From assembly GCA_965644315.1 (NCBI GenBank), contig CBFFRQ010000040.1, positions 248,001 to 312,000 on the forward strand: a stretch of DNA of 64,000 nt, given 5' to 3'. Under the pieces are notes generated by a model. The model made no database searches. It was not told the DNA's origin and saw only the letters and a program-made list of their open reading frames with translations. The stretch comes from Caecitellus pseudoparvulus (taxonomy: Eukaryota > Protista > Bigyra: Bicosoecida). The first letter of the stretch is position 1; each line of letters starts with the position of its first letter. Made by a program: the position numbers and the translations under genes. Below, piece after piece: positions 20,478 through 32,213 of the stretch.

Positions 20478-22199
20478 ATGGCTCTTCTGCGAGGTGTCAC
20501 AAGCCGATTGAGGAGGGTGGCCGTCCAGGTCAGCACACGCCATGCGAAGTGGAGCCAGCGAATGTGGGGTAGCACTAGCGCAGTTCCTGACGGCAGTCAA
20601 GAGTTGTCGCGCCTACGAGAAGCAGCAGAGGCAGGTAGTGTAGATGCTCTGCGCCGCCTAGGCCACGCTCACGTGCATGGGCTGCTGGGAGCGCCGCGCA
20701 ACCTGGACGCTGCTCTGCGGAATTTGTACCCTGCCGCCGTGGCTGGCGACGCCGAAGCCGCGTACTGGTTGGGCCACGCTCTGTGGCACGCGGACGAGAT
20801 CGATTCCGACGCAGCAGCTCCAGAGTCCAGTGAATCTGCCCAGCGAGCCTCTCTTCGAGAAGAGCTCGAGGCTGGGCGGGCGGTACTTGCCGAGGTGCGA
20901 GCGCTGCGCAAAGCTGCCAAGAAAGCGAAAGCTCGACGGGACGCCGGCTTGCCGACCAAGCCTGACCACGCACAGTTCGACGTCGTGGCAGCTGCGGCAG
21001 AGCAGCAAGTGCCGCTGACTCCGCCTCCCCTCCCAGCCCCTGACTTGCACCAGCGCCCCGCCTCCACCACGTCAGTGGCTGGCGTGACTGTGTCCCACAT
21101 CACCTCTGCACCACCCGCTCCCAGCCACACCCCAGCCAGCGCCAGTGCCGGTGCTGGGGAGCAGGCATGCCCCCCTCTGCCCTTGCCTCGCAAGAGTCTG
21201 TCCCAGGCGCACTACTGGCTCATGCGTGCAGCTCAGCGGGGACATGCCGACGCGCCTGTGGCCCTGGGCAACCTGTACCTAGCCACGGGGGGGGATGAGG
21301 CTGCTCGCTTGGCGCTGCAGTGGTACACTCTGGCTGTGTGGGGCTCAGACGCCCTGCCGCCTGCCGCGGAGGTGGCAGCGGTGGTACACAGGCATGCTGA
21401 CGTGCCTGTGTGGGGTGCGGGGCAGGTGGCTGACGTGGCGGCGTTCCCACCTCTCCTCCCAGCTCCGACTCCGGCGTCCGCTCCCCTGCACCCCGACGCC
21501 GCGTACAACATCGCCACGTTGCTATGGGAGGGTGATGCGGCATCGGCGTGGCAGCACTTGCGTCTGGCGGCAGTGCGTGGCGACAGTGCCGCCGCCTTCA
21601 CTGCTGGAGTGCAGTGGGCTTCAAGCGGGCCGCTTGCCTCCGGAAGCGAGTCACCTTCGGCCGCTCATGGTCCGACGGCGGTGCGGTTCTTGGAAGTGGC
21701 AGTGCAGGGCGGCAGCGGTGCGGCAGCTTTATTCCTGAGCCGACTGTACCGCAACGGGGGCGTGGAGGGTTCGCAATGCGACCTGCTGCCTGTGGACATC
21801 GACCGTGCACGTTTCTTTCTGCGGCAGGCAGTGCAGCTGGGGGACGCAGAGGCGATGTTTGAAGCCGCCGATGCAGCGTACCAAGGCACTGATGGCCAAG
21901 AAAAAGACTTGCAGCGCGCCCTGCAGTTGTTCAAAGCTGCTGGGGCGGCGGGACATGGCAAGGCGCTGTACAACGCTGGCGTTATGACGTACACTGGGCA
22001 GGGCACACCTGCTGACGCGACTGAAGCATTTGCGTTGTATCAAGCAGCAGGCGAGGCGGGGGAAGTGCAGGCTTGGGCCACCGTCGCGGCGATGTACGCT
22101 GCCGGTGACGGAGTGCCACGGAACGAGTCAGCGGCGGAGTACATTCGCAAGGCCATGCTGACGATGATGCAGAGCGCAGACGCCGAGCCTGGTCAATGA
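20478..22199 (+). CDS. Sel1-like repeat protein, probably mitochondrial
   Basis: Repeats such as AAEAGSVDALRRLG, AAQRGHADAPVALGNLY, AVQLGDAEAMFEAA, AGAAGHGKALYNAGVMTYTGQG and AMYAAGDGVPRN. Arg-rich acid-free presequence MALLRGVTSRLRRVAVQ. Confidence 0.88.
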   Translation: MALLRGVTSRLRRVAVQVSTRHAKWSQRMWGSTSAVPDGSQELSRLREAAEAGSVDALRRLGHAHVHGLLGAPRNLDAALRNLYPAAVAGDAEAAYWLGHALWHADEIDSDAAAPESSESAQRASLREELEAGRAVLAEVRALRKAAKKAKARRDAGLPTKPDHAQFDVVAAAAEQQVPLTPPPLPAPDLHQRPASTTSVAGVTVSHITSAPPAPSHTPASASAGAGEQACPPLPLPRKSLSQAHYWLMRAAQRGHADAPVALGNLYLATGGDEAARLALQWYTLAVWGSDALPPAAEVAAVVHRHADVPVWGAGQVADVAAFPPLLPAPTPASAPLHPDAAYNIATLLWEGDAASAWQHLRLAAVRGDSAAAFTAGVQWASSGPLASGSESPSAAHGPTAVRFLEVAVQGGSGAAALFLSRLYRNGGVEGSQCDLLPVDIDRARFFLRQAVQLGDAEAMFEAADAAYQGTDGQEKDLQRALQLFKAAGAAGHGKALYNAGVMTYTGQGTPADATEAFALYQAAGEAGEVQAWATVAAMYAAGDGVPRNESAAEYIRKAMLTMMQSADAEPGQ

Positions 22200-22315
22200 G
22201 AGCAGGCAAGGCATATTCCGAAGGACCTCCTTTCAGTGTGTGAAAGCGCCTGTCTCCGCAGGTGTGCAAGTTCTTGCCGTCGCGCTCTTGCGGCTCTTGT
22301 CTTAGCTTGCCCGGC

Positions 22316-23956
22316 ATGGCGGGGGAGGAGCAGTACGTTGACCTTCGCACAAGTGTTGCTCTCAGCGAAGAGACTGAGGCCCAGCGCCGTAAACTGCAGC
22401 AGCAGCGAGAGACAACAAAGGCTGAGGAACGAGCGCGGGAAGCTGCTCGAAATGCAGACTATGCCGCTCGGTTAGCGTCTGTGAGTGGTGACGTTTCTGC
22501 GTCGCACAGCGACAGCACCACAAGTTTCCACAGAGCGTCCGCTGCCCGTTGGTGGAGGCAGACCTACCTTCAGCAACGAATTCTTTACCTTACGTGATCT
22601 CTACCCTTGCAGACCTCAGGCCGTGATGCGAAGGCACTGGATGCCGATGTGGAGGCGGCACGTGCGAAGCTGGCAGAGGAGAGTGCGGCCCAGAAGGCGG
22701 CGGCAGCGGAGGCTGAGCGCAAGCGCAACGCTGCACTGCGTGCGAAGCTGGAGGCGCAGTCAGGCCGTGATGCGAAGGCGCTGGATGCCGACGTGGAGGC
22801 GGCACGTGCGAAGCTGGCAGAGGAGAGTGCGGCCCAGAAGGCGGCGGCAGCGGAGGCTGAGCGCAAGCGCAACGCTGCACTGCGTGCGAAGCTGGAGGCG
22901 CAGTCAGGCCGTGATGCGAAGGCGCTGGATGCCGACGTAGAGGCGGCACGTGCGAAGCTGGCAGAGGAGAGTGCGGCCCAGAAGGCGGCGGCAGCGGAGG
23001 CGGCGGCGGCAGCGGAGGCTGAGCGCAAGCGCAACGCTGCACTGCGTGCGAAGCTGGAGGCGCAGTCAGGCCGTGACGCGAAGGCACTGGATGCCGACGT
23101 GGAGGCGGCACGTGCGAAGCTGGCAGAGGAGAGTGCGGCCCAGAAGGCGGCGGCAGCGGAGGCTGAGCGCAAGCGCAACGCTGCACTGCGTGCGAAGCTG
23201 GAGGCGCAGTCAGGCCGTGACGCGAAGGCACTGGATGCCGACGTGGAGGCGGCACGTGCGAAGCTGGCAGAGGAGAGTGCGGCCCAGAAGGCGGCGGCAG
23301 CGGAGGCTGAGCGCAAGCGCAACGCTGCACTGCGTGCGAAGCTGGAGGCGCAGTCAGGCCGTGATGCGAAGGCGCTGGATGCCGATGTGGAGGCGGCACG
23401 TGCGAAGCTGGCTGCTGAACGTAGGAAGGCAAAGGAGGCGGAGGCAGAGGCAACTCGAAAACGTAACGCGCAAATGCGGCGTCGTCTCGCACAGCAGTCA
23501 GGCCGCGATGCGAAGGCGCTGACGGAAGAGCAGAAGGCAGCACGTCGAAAGTTAGCTGAAGAAAGGCGTGCAGCGAAGGACGCAGAGGCAGCTGCGCACA
23601 GAAAGCGCAACGCCGCCATGCGGGCCAAGCTGGGCGCGCAAGCAGGTCGCGATGCGAAGGCGCTTGCAAGCGACGTGCAAGAGAAGCGGCGGCAGCTGGC
23701 TGAGGAGCGGGCTGCGCGAAAGGCTGCAGAGAAGGAGGAAGAGGCAGCTCGCAAGCGTGAAATGCGCAGGCGTTTCAAGGCAGCCCAGGAAGGGAAGACC
23801 CTGGTGCGCACGACTTCCGGCGCATCCAAGGCTTCGTCGGCTGCGTCACCCAGGGGAGGCGGGCCACGCAGCCCGCACTCTTCGCCACGCAGCGCCCTTA
23901 GCCCAGGTGGGCGAAGCAGACTAGGAGCAGCAGGCGCGTCTATTTTCCGCTCCTGA
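22316..23956 (+). CDS. Ala/Glu/Lys/Arg-rich helical tandem-repeat protein, 2 exons
   Basis: Exon 1 MAGEEQYVDL...RNADYAARLAS, phase-0 intron 22481-22612 (GTGAGT...TGCAG), then 48-aa repeats and a Ser/Pro/Arg tail. Confidence 0.82.
22617..23790 (+). repeat. Coding tandem repeat, 144-bp unit; about 5.4 near-perfect plus 2-3 degenerate copies
   Basis: Unit starts (caggccgtga) at 22617, 22761, 22905, 23067 (after an 18-bp insertion), 23211 and 23355, with degenerate units near 23499 and 23643. Confidence 0.97.
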
Positions 23957-24195
23957 ACTGTCGCTGACGGTCGAGCCACGAGCGTGAGCGTTCGGTGCGT
24001 GTACCCCGGCTCCGGCTTGACTGCGAGGCATTGGCAATGCAAAGAAAGTGTCACCTCAACATACAGGCGTCAAAGAGTCTTGTGAACCCTATCTACCGCA
24101 GCATGATCCCTGTGAAGGCCCCATCTAGGGCTGGCACTGGGTGTGCTGGTTGAGCGACACTGGCGTTTCACCAGGGTTTCCTGCCCTCAAGCAAC

Positions 24196-25155
24196 ATGGC
24201 TGCGCCGGCGCGGACAGGCAAGGTAACGACTGGCGAGGATGACGAAGAAGACAGCTCTGACGGAGGTGTGTTTGCTGGCTGACGCACTTGAGCACCACTG
24301 CAACGTTAGCGACCCTGGCACCGACTCGCAGGTAGCTCAGTGCGCTCTGCCGGCACATCATCCACAGAGCAGAGCTCACACCACTCTAGCGAAGGGGAGC
24401 ATACCGATGAGGGCAGCGTGTCATCACAGGCTGAGGATGCTGTAGAAGAGGGCCGTGCTTCAGTTCGCAGTGCTGGCGGTACCCCAGAGCATGTGGGCGA
24501 TATTGCAGCGCGGTTGGGGTGCATGGTGGCCACACCGCTCCGGCACCTGTCTGACAAGTGCAGCGAGGTGGAGGAGTCACAGGACGAGGTGGCCAAGTCG
24601 CTTGCTGCAGCACTGGCTGTGCACGCACCTGCGAGTGGCGTTGCCTTGACTCGGGTTGGGGACGTGCCGCGGCAGGCGGCAGCGTCGTCTGGCCCCCCGG
24701 ACAGAACGTCGCAGGCTGAGCCAAGCGGAGCTAAGGCGCTCCTCAGCCGCCTGGACGCTTTTTTCTCGCGCCAGAGCAGCGCATCTGCGGACGCCCCTCC
24801 TCAAGAGCCCTCCTCTCCAGGCCCACACCCTGACGCCCAGCAGGCTGAAGAGGAAGAGCAGTCACAACAGTCAGCCCGTGGGCCGCCAGCCCCGTTCAAT
24901 GCTGCGAGCAGCACAGTGGGCGATGCGGCGGCCTTCCTACTGTCTCAGCGGGCCAGCATTGAAGACATTCTGCGACGCGCAAGTGCAGTGCACGAACGCC
25001 ACGCTGCGTTGACGGCGCAGTCAGCGAGGCTGGCTGCAGGCTCGGCAGCACTCCGAGCAGTGTGTGCAGAGTATGTGGCAGAGAAACAAGCCGCTGCGGC
25101 GGCTGAGGCGGCTGCTGATGAGCGGCTGCAGGCTTCGCTGGTGCGGGTGGGCTAG
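24196..25155 (+). CDS. Coiled-coil protein, Snapin/Pallidin (BLOC-1 subunit)-like, 2 exons
   Basis: Exon 1 MAAPARTGKVTTGEDDEEDSSDG, intron about 24266-24331. IAARLGCMVATPLRHLSDKCSEVEESQDEVAKSL and IEDILRRASAVHERHAALTAQSARL resemble the two pallidin helices from memory. The family call is tentative. Confidence 0.55.
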
Positions 25156-25359
25156 CGTTGGAGTGTCGCCTCATGCGGTGCAGGCCATCATTTGGCGGGG
25201 GCGACCTAATTCAAACCTCTGGATCGTTTGCACAGCAAGGACTTCCAAGGCCCGCACCACCGTGCGCTCTCGTTTCCGGCTGTCGTCGCGACCTTGCCTC
25301 TTCCCCCACTCAGGAAAACAGGGCTGACCACCGCACCACCACGCCAAACCGCCGTGCGA

Positions 25360-27795
25360 ATGGCCCATGCGCCCAGCGAGCTCAGCACGCTGCTGAAAGA
25401 CGTGTACAACTTCGTATGGCCGAGTGAAGTCGTGTCTTCTGAATCTCTTGGGCGCATCCACCGTGTTTGGCTGCAGCAGCAGTTTTCGTTCCCAAGGCAG
25501 CGGACGTGCCGAAACCCCGCAGCGGCACCCTTGCCTCCGTGGGGCTTGGTGCAGCTCGAAAACGGGGCGTGCGGCGTGCTCGCAGCAGTTCAAGCATGGC
25601 TCATTCGTCGCTTGCTTGCTGCTGAAGCGGGGGGTGGCACGCACGGCACCTCGGAGGCAGGGGAAGCACCGAGTGGCGCGTCTGCTGACTTGTCCTGGAT
25701 GCAGCACCTGGCGCCCGAAGTGCTGCGAGTGGAGCTCGCAGAAGCCCTGGCCGACATGCTGTGGCACATCGCTCATGTGCGCACGGAGTACTCTCGCGAG
25801 CGGAGCCGTGTGGGCAAGGAGGGGGTGGTGCCCCAACGGGTGTTGCTGGTTCTGCCGTCCAGTTGCGTTGACTCGCTCCCGGCGCACCTCCAGGCCCTGC
25901 AGGTGACGTCAGACCCAGACCCCCCTCTGGACAGCCTGCCAGCCGCCACTGCCAACCCTGCCCCACCTCCTGCCCTTGTGACAGCGACCACTGCGGTAGC
26001 AGACGCTCCCTCTCCTCCCCCCATCTCTGCTGCTGAGTGGGCATGTCCACGGTGCACTGCTCTGAATAAGGCGGAGTGGGTCATGTGCAATGCCTGCCTG
26101 GCTTGCCGCCCAGATGCTCCCGAGGGCGGCAGCAGTACACCAGAGCCAGCAGCTGCGCCAGCTCCTGGCCCCGCTCCAGACACTGCAGGTGGCCTGGGCA
26201 CCATGACGCCCTGGACTTGCTCAGTCTGCACGCTGTACAACGAGGCTGGCACGACTGTTTGCGGCGCCTGTGGCAGCTCGCGGCCCGAGGCAGAAGGGTC
26301 CTCCACCGACAGTGACGCCGCTCTCGCAGCTGCGATGGCAGGGGGGGCGCCTAGCACTGGCCTGGATGCACAGTCGGCTGCAGTGCGAGATGCACTGCAG
26401 CACATCCACCCGCCCCCTGGCAGGGTCGTGGCAGACCCGTACTGGAGCCCGGACACTGGCCTGTTCCCAGCACTGCGCATGCTGCACGTGACTGATCGGG
26501 CTGTGCTGGGGGAGGTGCTGGCGGCTGTCGTGGACATCTTCGAAACCCCCAACACGATTGGAGCTGCCACGGCTGCAGCCGCTGATGCAGACGTGTCTGC
26601 TGGGTACAGGGCCTCGGTTGAGGCGACATACGGTTCAACTGCAGCAGAGGCGCTGTTGCGAGCGGCCAGTCCGGCCGAGGTCGATGCTGCGGTGAAAAGC
26701 GCATCCGCTTGCAGCCACTCAGGGCTATCCCTCCTCGTGTACAGTGCTGTGCTGACGCGTGGCCTGGCTAACTGCCGGCATGACACCAGTCGTGACAGCA
26801 TGTTCATGAGCCTGATTTTCGCGGACGCGACATCGGAGCAAGCGTTGTTGAATTTGCTCCTGGCGGGCGTGGCACGCAATGACGTGAACGATGCGACGTG
26901 GTGCGACGTGCGCCTGGACGTGCCTATTGGCTTCCTCACCGCTGCCGACGGGTATGCCGTGTGTGACATGTGGAAGCGGCCTCTGGCCCCCGTGTGGGTA
27001 ACCCACGGTGGAAACCACTACACCACCGTGTGGAGCCGTCAGCATGAAGTGTGCACTGTCAGTGACACGCCCGTTCAGGCTCAGCGAGAGGCGGCAGCCA
27101 GTGCCCAGGCAGAGAGCGCAGCGACAGAGGGCGAAGAGCAAGGGCAAGCCCCTCCTGCCGCCGCCGCCGGAGGTGGAGCTGGCCCTGCAGCAAAGCTACA
27201 AGATCCTGCCCCCGTGCACGTGTTGCACCTGTTCAATGGACTGCACCCGCCGCGTGCAGGCGGCGCGGCGACACGGCATGCCTGCTTTCGAGCCGCCATG
27301 TGGGGCAGGTGGGGGGAGGAGGAGGGCAGCCCCAACCCCGAGCAGGAGGCAGCGCGCGCAGCTGCCAAGGAGGCTGCCGAAGCGCGCAAGGTGAAGAAAA
27401 TCATCTCATCCCGTGTCCTGCCGGGGGGAGACAAGGAGACGGGGCCGTGGGAGTTCCTGGTCGTGTGCAAGAAGAGCGGCTCCTTGGAAAACCCTGCGGC
27501 AACCGCGCCGCCGTATGGTGGGAAATGGTACTGCCGAGACTGCATGTTATCCAAAGTGCCGAACTGGGCGGGGTACAACGAGGAAGGGGCGCCAGCTTGC
27601 AAGGGGTGTGGCAAGCTCGTGTCAGAGTGTGGATTTGCGCACTGGCTGTCGGCGGAGGAGCTGCCAGTGGGAAAGCGGCGCGACTGGGAGCGTGGACACG
27701 CACCCCAACTGCTGCAAGTGCTGCGGGTGCGCTGGCCAGCGTTGGCTGCCGACTGGTCCATGGCCGGCTCCGTCGCGCCATCTATGTTTGGCTGA
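25360..27795 (+). CDS. MINDY-3/4-family deubiquitinase (DUF4205) with RanBP2/NZF zinc fingers
   Basis: Catalytic Cys motif WGLVQLENGACGVLAAVQAW, LLVYSAVLTRG, QALLNLLLAGVA, IGFLT, and His motif PVWVTHGGNHYT. Fingers WACPRCTALN..CNAC and WTCSVCTLYN..CGAC. Confidence 0.9.
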   Translation: MAHAPSELSTLLKDVYNFVWPSEVVSSESLGRIHRVWLQQQFSFPRQRTCRNPAAAPLPPWGLVQLENGACGVLAAVQAWLIRRLLAAEAGGGTHGTSEAGEAPSGASADLSWMQHLAPEVLRVELAEALADMLWHIAHVRTEYSRERSRVGKEGVVPQRVLLVLPSSCVDSLPAHLQALQVTSDPDPPLDSLPAATANPAPPPALVTATTAVADAPSPPPISAAEWACPRCTALNKAEWVMCNACLACRPDAPEGGSSTPEPAAAPAPGPAPDTAGGLGTMTPWTCSVCTLYNEAGTTVCGACGSSRPEAEGSSTDSDAALAAAMAGGAPSTGLDAQSAAVRDALQHIHPPPGRVVADPYWSPDTGLFPALRMLHVTDRAVLGEVLAAVVDIFETPNTIGAATAAAADADVSAGYRASVEATYGSTAAEALLRAASPAEVDAAVKSASACSHSGLSLLVYSAVLTRGLANCRHDTSRDSMFMSLIFADATSEQALLNLLLAGVARNDVNDATWCDVRLDVPIGFLTAADGYAVCDMWKRPLAPVWVTHGGNHYTTVWSRQHEVCTVSDTPVQAQREAAASAQAESAATEGEEQGQAPPAAAAGGGAGPAAKLQDPAPVHVLHLFNGLHPPRAGGAATRHACFRAAMWGRWGEEEGSPNPEQEAARAAAKEAAEARKVKKIISSRVLPGGDKETGPWEFLVVCKKSGSLENPAATAPPYGGKWYCRDCMLSKVPNWAGYNEEGAPACKGCGKLVSECGFAHWLSAEELPVGKRRDWERGHAPQLLQVLRVRWPALAADWSMAGSVAPSMFG

Positions 27796-27819
27796 GGTGC
27801 AGGCGGCGTGACCCGCTCT

Positions 27820-28951
27820 TTAAACAGTGCCAGTGATGGTGTTCCACAACAGCGTGCGGTGCAAGCCGAGCAAGGGCAAGGGGGCATGCACAGCTGGGTC
27901 GAAAATGTCAAAGTTCGCTGCTTCCAGGCGCTTGAGCCAGGCGTGCACCGGCACTAGCGGCGTCAAGGCTGACTGACACGCACTGGGCACGGCCAGCCCC
28001 CTCGCGTCCTCCACATACGCGTTGGCGACGGTGGCGACGTCAAACACCGCATCTGTCAGCGCAGTGCGAGTCGCTTGCTGCTGTGGACTGAGGCTAGGAG
28101 AATCAGCGGACGCGTTTCCGCCTTGCGCGGCGGGTCGCATGGCAGCGACCAAGCCGAACAACGCCTGCGGCGCCAGGCCGTGCTTGGTGAGGAGGTCAGA
28201 GGTGAAGTACACCTCCTGGGCAGCGCAATGAAAGAGGAACCCTCGCAGGGCGGTCGTCAGCCCCAGGGCCCGACCCGCATACGTCACAGCGGTCTCCGAG
28301 GCGGCGTCGTGTGTGGCTGTCGCCTCCAGCGTCGCTGTGAGCAGCGCCCCCTGCGTGTCGTCGGCAAAGGCTTCCAGGTCTTGCATGGTCGCGCGTGGAC
28401 GTGTGCCGGGCTGCATATCCTCCTCTCTCGCGTCCACCATGCGCAGCAGCCACGCGGGGTCCACAGTGCCCAGCGAGGCCAGCTCCTGCAGCGCTGGCGC
28501 AAGCGGGTGCGGCGCCGAAGGCTCGCCTTCAAAGCTGGACGTGATCAGGTCGCGCCAGAACTGAAAGCGCAAGGCAGCAGTGGACACATTTCCTCTTGCC
28601 GCCTCTGGGATGCTCGCCACTTCGGCGTTCAGGGCCCTCTGCAGCAAGCAAGCGGGTGTGGTACGTGGTTAGCAGACAACAATTTCCGCGAGTGCCTCAC
28701 AAGTGCTAGGAACGCCAAGCGCGGGTTTGGGGACATGTAGCTCGAGGCAACGAACATGTCCGGATCTTTTTGTCTGCGCATAGTTCAGGGAGCGTGTCGG
28801 AACTCGTTCAAAGCCGCGCTGGCAGCGTCAGGCAGGGCGCTACACACCTGACGACGGCGGCCAGCTGGCCCAAATCGAAGCTTTGGCCCGTGGCAAAGCC
28901 ACGACGCACAGGCTTCGCCCCCTGCAGGCATTTCGAAGCTCTATGGAACAT
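27820..28951 (-). CDS. NDUFAF6: Complex I assembly factor 6 (squalene/phytoene synthase fold), 3 exons
   Basis: Spliced MFHRASKCLQGAKPVRRGFATG...AAVVR|QKDPDMFVASSY..RLAFLAL|RALNAEVASI..LRFQFWRDLI..MVDAREED..LEAFADDTQG..WLKRLEAANFDIF, with a mitochondrial-type presequence. Confidence 0.88.
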
Positions 28952-29068
28952 GCTGCTTTACAAAGGGTGCACTTTGGAGGCCGACTGTCAAGCGTCAACG
29001 GCCCTGGCCGGGGAGTGCGTTGAATTTGAGCTGCGTCCGACAATGCCTGGCTGTGCCTTGGTACGTGG

Positions 29069-30650
29069 TCACCCGAACAACTCCACAGGCTCCTCCCCCA
29101 CTACGCCCTCCAGGAGAAGGCGCTTCCCGTCAATGGCAAAGCCCTCTGGCAGCCGGTCAGGCGCATCCTCTGCCTCCACAGCCGCTTGCACCTCGGCCAC
29201 GGCGTCAGCGACGCTTGGCAGAGGCAGCAAGCCTGCGATGCCAGTCGACAGCGTCTCCTCAACGTGCGCATCCACGGCAGAGGCAGTGGAAGGGGACACG
29301 CAAAAGTGGCCATACACTTCATCCAGGTACTCTGGGGTGGCCTTCTCAAACATGGCCGCTGTTGTGGCCACAGGCAGCCCGATGGACTCGGCAATGGCGA
29401 TGTTGAGCTGGGAGTCGTTGAGGTTTTGCTGCACCCGCCGGGGAATGACGTACACCGTGCGCCCTTTATCTGCCACCAGGACATTGTGCGGCACTCCATG
29501 CAGCAAGCACCAGCGCACCAGAGACCCGGCAGCAGCGCTGAGGCGGTCCATTCCCGCCACCGTTTCCGCAGGCATTTCCGTGGCGCCTTCCGTGCTTGCG
29601 AAACCCCGCAAGCCACCCGACGCCCCGGGAAGCAGCGGACACAAGTGATCCTCAAGATTGGCTGCCTTCACTTCTGATTGCTTTGGCGGCTTTGCATGCA
29701 AGACGGCACCGGCCAGGCGTGCAGCTGGGTGCTCCGCCAAATTACTGGTCCAGCTTGGGCCAGGCCCCTCCCCCGATACCGACTCGTGCAGGGCGTGCGA
29801 TGGACTGCCCGGCATGAGGGTGAACGCCCAACTTGTCAGGGGGTAGTCCACAGTGCGCCAGGCTGTCACGCCATCGGACGCCTCCCCCACCTGCTCCATG
29901 CGTGCGTTCTGCACTGGGCACACGCCGCCCGCAAACATGTCTGCCCCCGCGAAGAACACGTGCATGTGCAGGTGGTTCACGCTGGCCCACGCCCCCAGGG
30001 AATTGAAACCTACGCACAGATCTGGCCGGGAGCCTGCCAGAGTCAGCAGGCGCGCAGCGTATGCGATGGCGGGCGCTGTGAGCACTTGTGGGTGCTTCTC
30101 CTCTGCCTCCAGCACCAGAAGGCAGTGCGAGCGGTACAGGGGGGACGAGTTCACCACCAAGCGGTGCAAAACCGTCCCGTCCACTGTGGCTGTAGCCCCG
30201 GCCAGTCCGCCTGGCAGTGCTGCCGCCTCGCCAGCGTCACTTGCGTGCTTGTCTGCCACGGCGGCCACACGGCAGTCTGACGGGCTCAGTGCCACCTTGG
30301 CGACGATTTCGCGGGGGTGAATCTTGAGGAAGTTGAAGAAGTCACTGTTAAAGCTGCGGACGATCGCGATCTTCTCATTCTTCATGGAGCTCTTCCGCTT
30401 CTGTGCAGGGAGAGGCGGTGGCGCCCTGCGCGGAAATTGACCAACCACGTCACAACGCTTCTCGCACGTTTTTCTCATGTTCAGGGTTGAACTGGAGCAC
30501 GAAAGGGGACGAGACATCCAGGCGCTTCCGTTTGGTCACGGTAACGTCGCCGCGCAGTGCCCCGGGGCGCGACGCGACGTCATACCAAGCAGTGTCCAGC
30601 ACGCTGGACAGGCTGGTTTGGGGTGCAGGTGCCACCTCGGCTGCAGCCAT
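29069..30650 (-). CDS. GDPGP1: GDP-D-glucose phosphorylase (GDPGP1/VTC2 family), 2 exons
   Basis: FVLQFNPE, FNSDFFNFLKI, VVNSSPLYRSHCLLV, GFNSLGAWASVNHLHMH (HIT-like motif), GVPHNV, VYVIPR, NIAIAESIG. Confidence 0.9.
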
Positions 30651-30864
30651 GGCTGTGATGAGTTGCTTCACTGTGCACAGTAAATTCCATGAACACATTG
30701 GACTATGAGGGATTTGTTATCAGAGCGTTTGTAGTTAAATCGCCGCGTCCTGTTGTGCCCATTGGCCGGTGGATGTGTCTGGCTGGGCTGCAGGCAATTT
30801 CCGCACACGGTCTCGGTGTAGTCTCTGGCCCACACCCACGCAGGGACAGGAAGAAACCGGCAGC

Positions 30865-32128
30865 ATGGCTGCCGAAGCAACATCGCAATCGGAGCTCCCG
30901 ACTCTTGACTGCCTTGACACACCCTCCTTCATCGTGTGGGAGGACAGAGTGCGGCAGAATTGCCGCGACATGGTGGCCAAGGCAAAGGCGCTTGGCGTGG
31001 CCTTGCGCCCGCATGTCAAGACGCACAAAGTTCCAGAGGTGCAGGCGATTCTGCAAGCCGAAGCCGACCTGCAGGGTGTGTCCATCACGGGCATCGTCGC
31101 AAGCACTCTTGCCGTAGGTGCCGCCGGCACGCCGCTCCTGCGCGTGCATGCCGCGCTTCACGCTGCTCATGCCCGAAGCACAGGAAGTGGAGGCGTTTGC
31201 GGACGCTGGCCACACGGACATAACATACGCCGTGCCTTGTATTCCTGCACGCCTGCCTCGCCTGCAGGCCGTGCGAGACAAGCACCCCTCTCTCACGCTG
31301 CGGCTGCTCTTGGACAGCAGCGAGGGTGTGGCAAAGTGCGGAGAGCATGTGGAGGACGGGGCTGCGCCCTGGCCTGTCTTCTTAAAGGTGGACTGTGGCT
31401 ACTCCCGGGCAGGCGTGAGCCCCATTACGACGCCCACCAAAGCCCTGCAGGTGGCCCGGGACATCCACAAGTCCCCACAGTTCACGTTGTTTGGCCTGTA
31501 CGCTCACAGCGGCAACGCGTACAACTGCAAAGGGGGGAAACCAGAGGCAGCACAGGTGGCGCATTCAGAAGCCGAGGTGATTTCTGACTTTGCCCAGGCC
31601 CTGGCTTCCGAGGGCATCTCTGTGGATGCAGTGGGTGTGGGCAGCACCCCATCAGCTGCAGCTTGCACTGCGCTGCCCAGCTCCATCACTGAGATGCACC
31701 CAGGAAACTTTCTCTTCTATGACCTGCAGCAAGTGGATAGCGGCTCATGTAGCCTAGGGGACATTGCTTGTGGAGTTCTCACCAGCATCATTGGCGTGTA
31801 CCCAGAGCGCAACGAGGTGCTCATTGATGCTGGCGGCACTGCCATGCATAAAGACCCAGGGGGCGTGGAAGGTTGGGGTCGTGTCCACGGCCACGCAGAC
31901 TTGTCTTTGCTGCGCATGAGCCAGGAGTGCACGGTAGTGGGCGTGCAGCCCGCCCTGAAGGCCAGCCCTGGCAAGCCTCTGGCAGAGCGTTTCCGCCTGG
32001 GAGACAAACTCTTCGTGTTGCCAAATCACTCCTGCATGACAGCCTGCCAGCACGAGGTGTACCACGTCACAAAACAGCCCACCGACGCCCAGGTGCTGAC
32101 ACAGTGGAAACCTTGCAAGTTTTGGTGA
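30865..32128 (+). CDS. Fold-type III PLP enzyme, D-serine dehydratase/D-threonine aldolase family, 2 exons
   Basis: LDTPS, LRPHVKTHK (PLP Lys), STLA|EVE (intron about 31114-31183), KVDCGYSRAG, LYAHSG, VGSTP, EMHPGNFLFYD, IDAG, SQE, PNHSC. Confidence 0.92.
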
Positions 32129-32213
32129 GGAGCGGCGGCGTTCTGGCTTATAGTGTTGCGAGAGCGGGGTGTCCTGCAACGCCACGGCAGCGCAGCACAA
32201 CACACCCCACACC

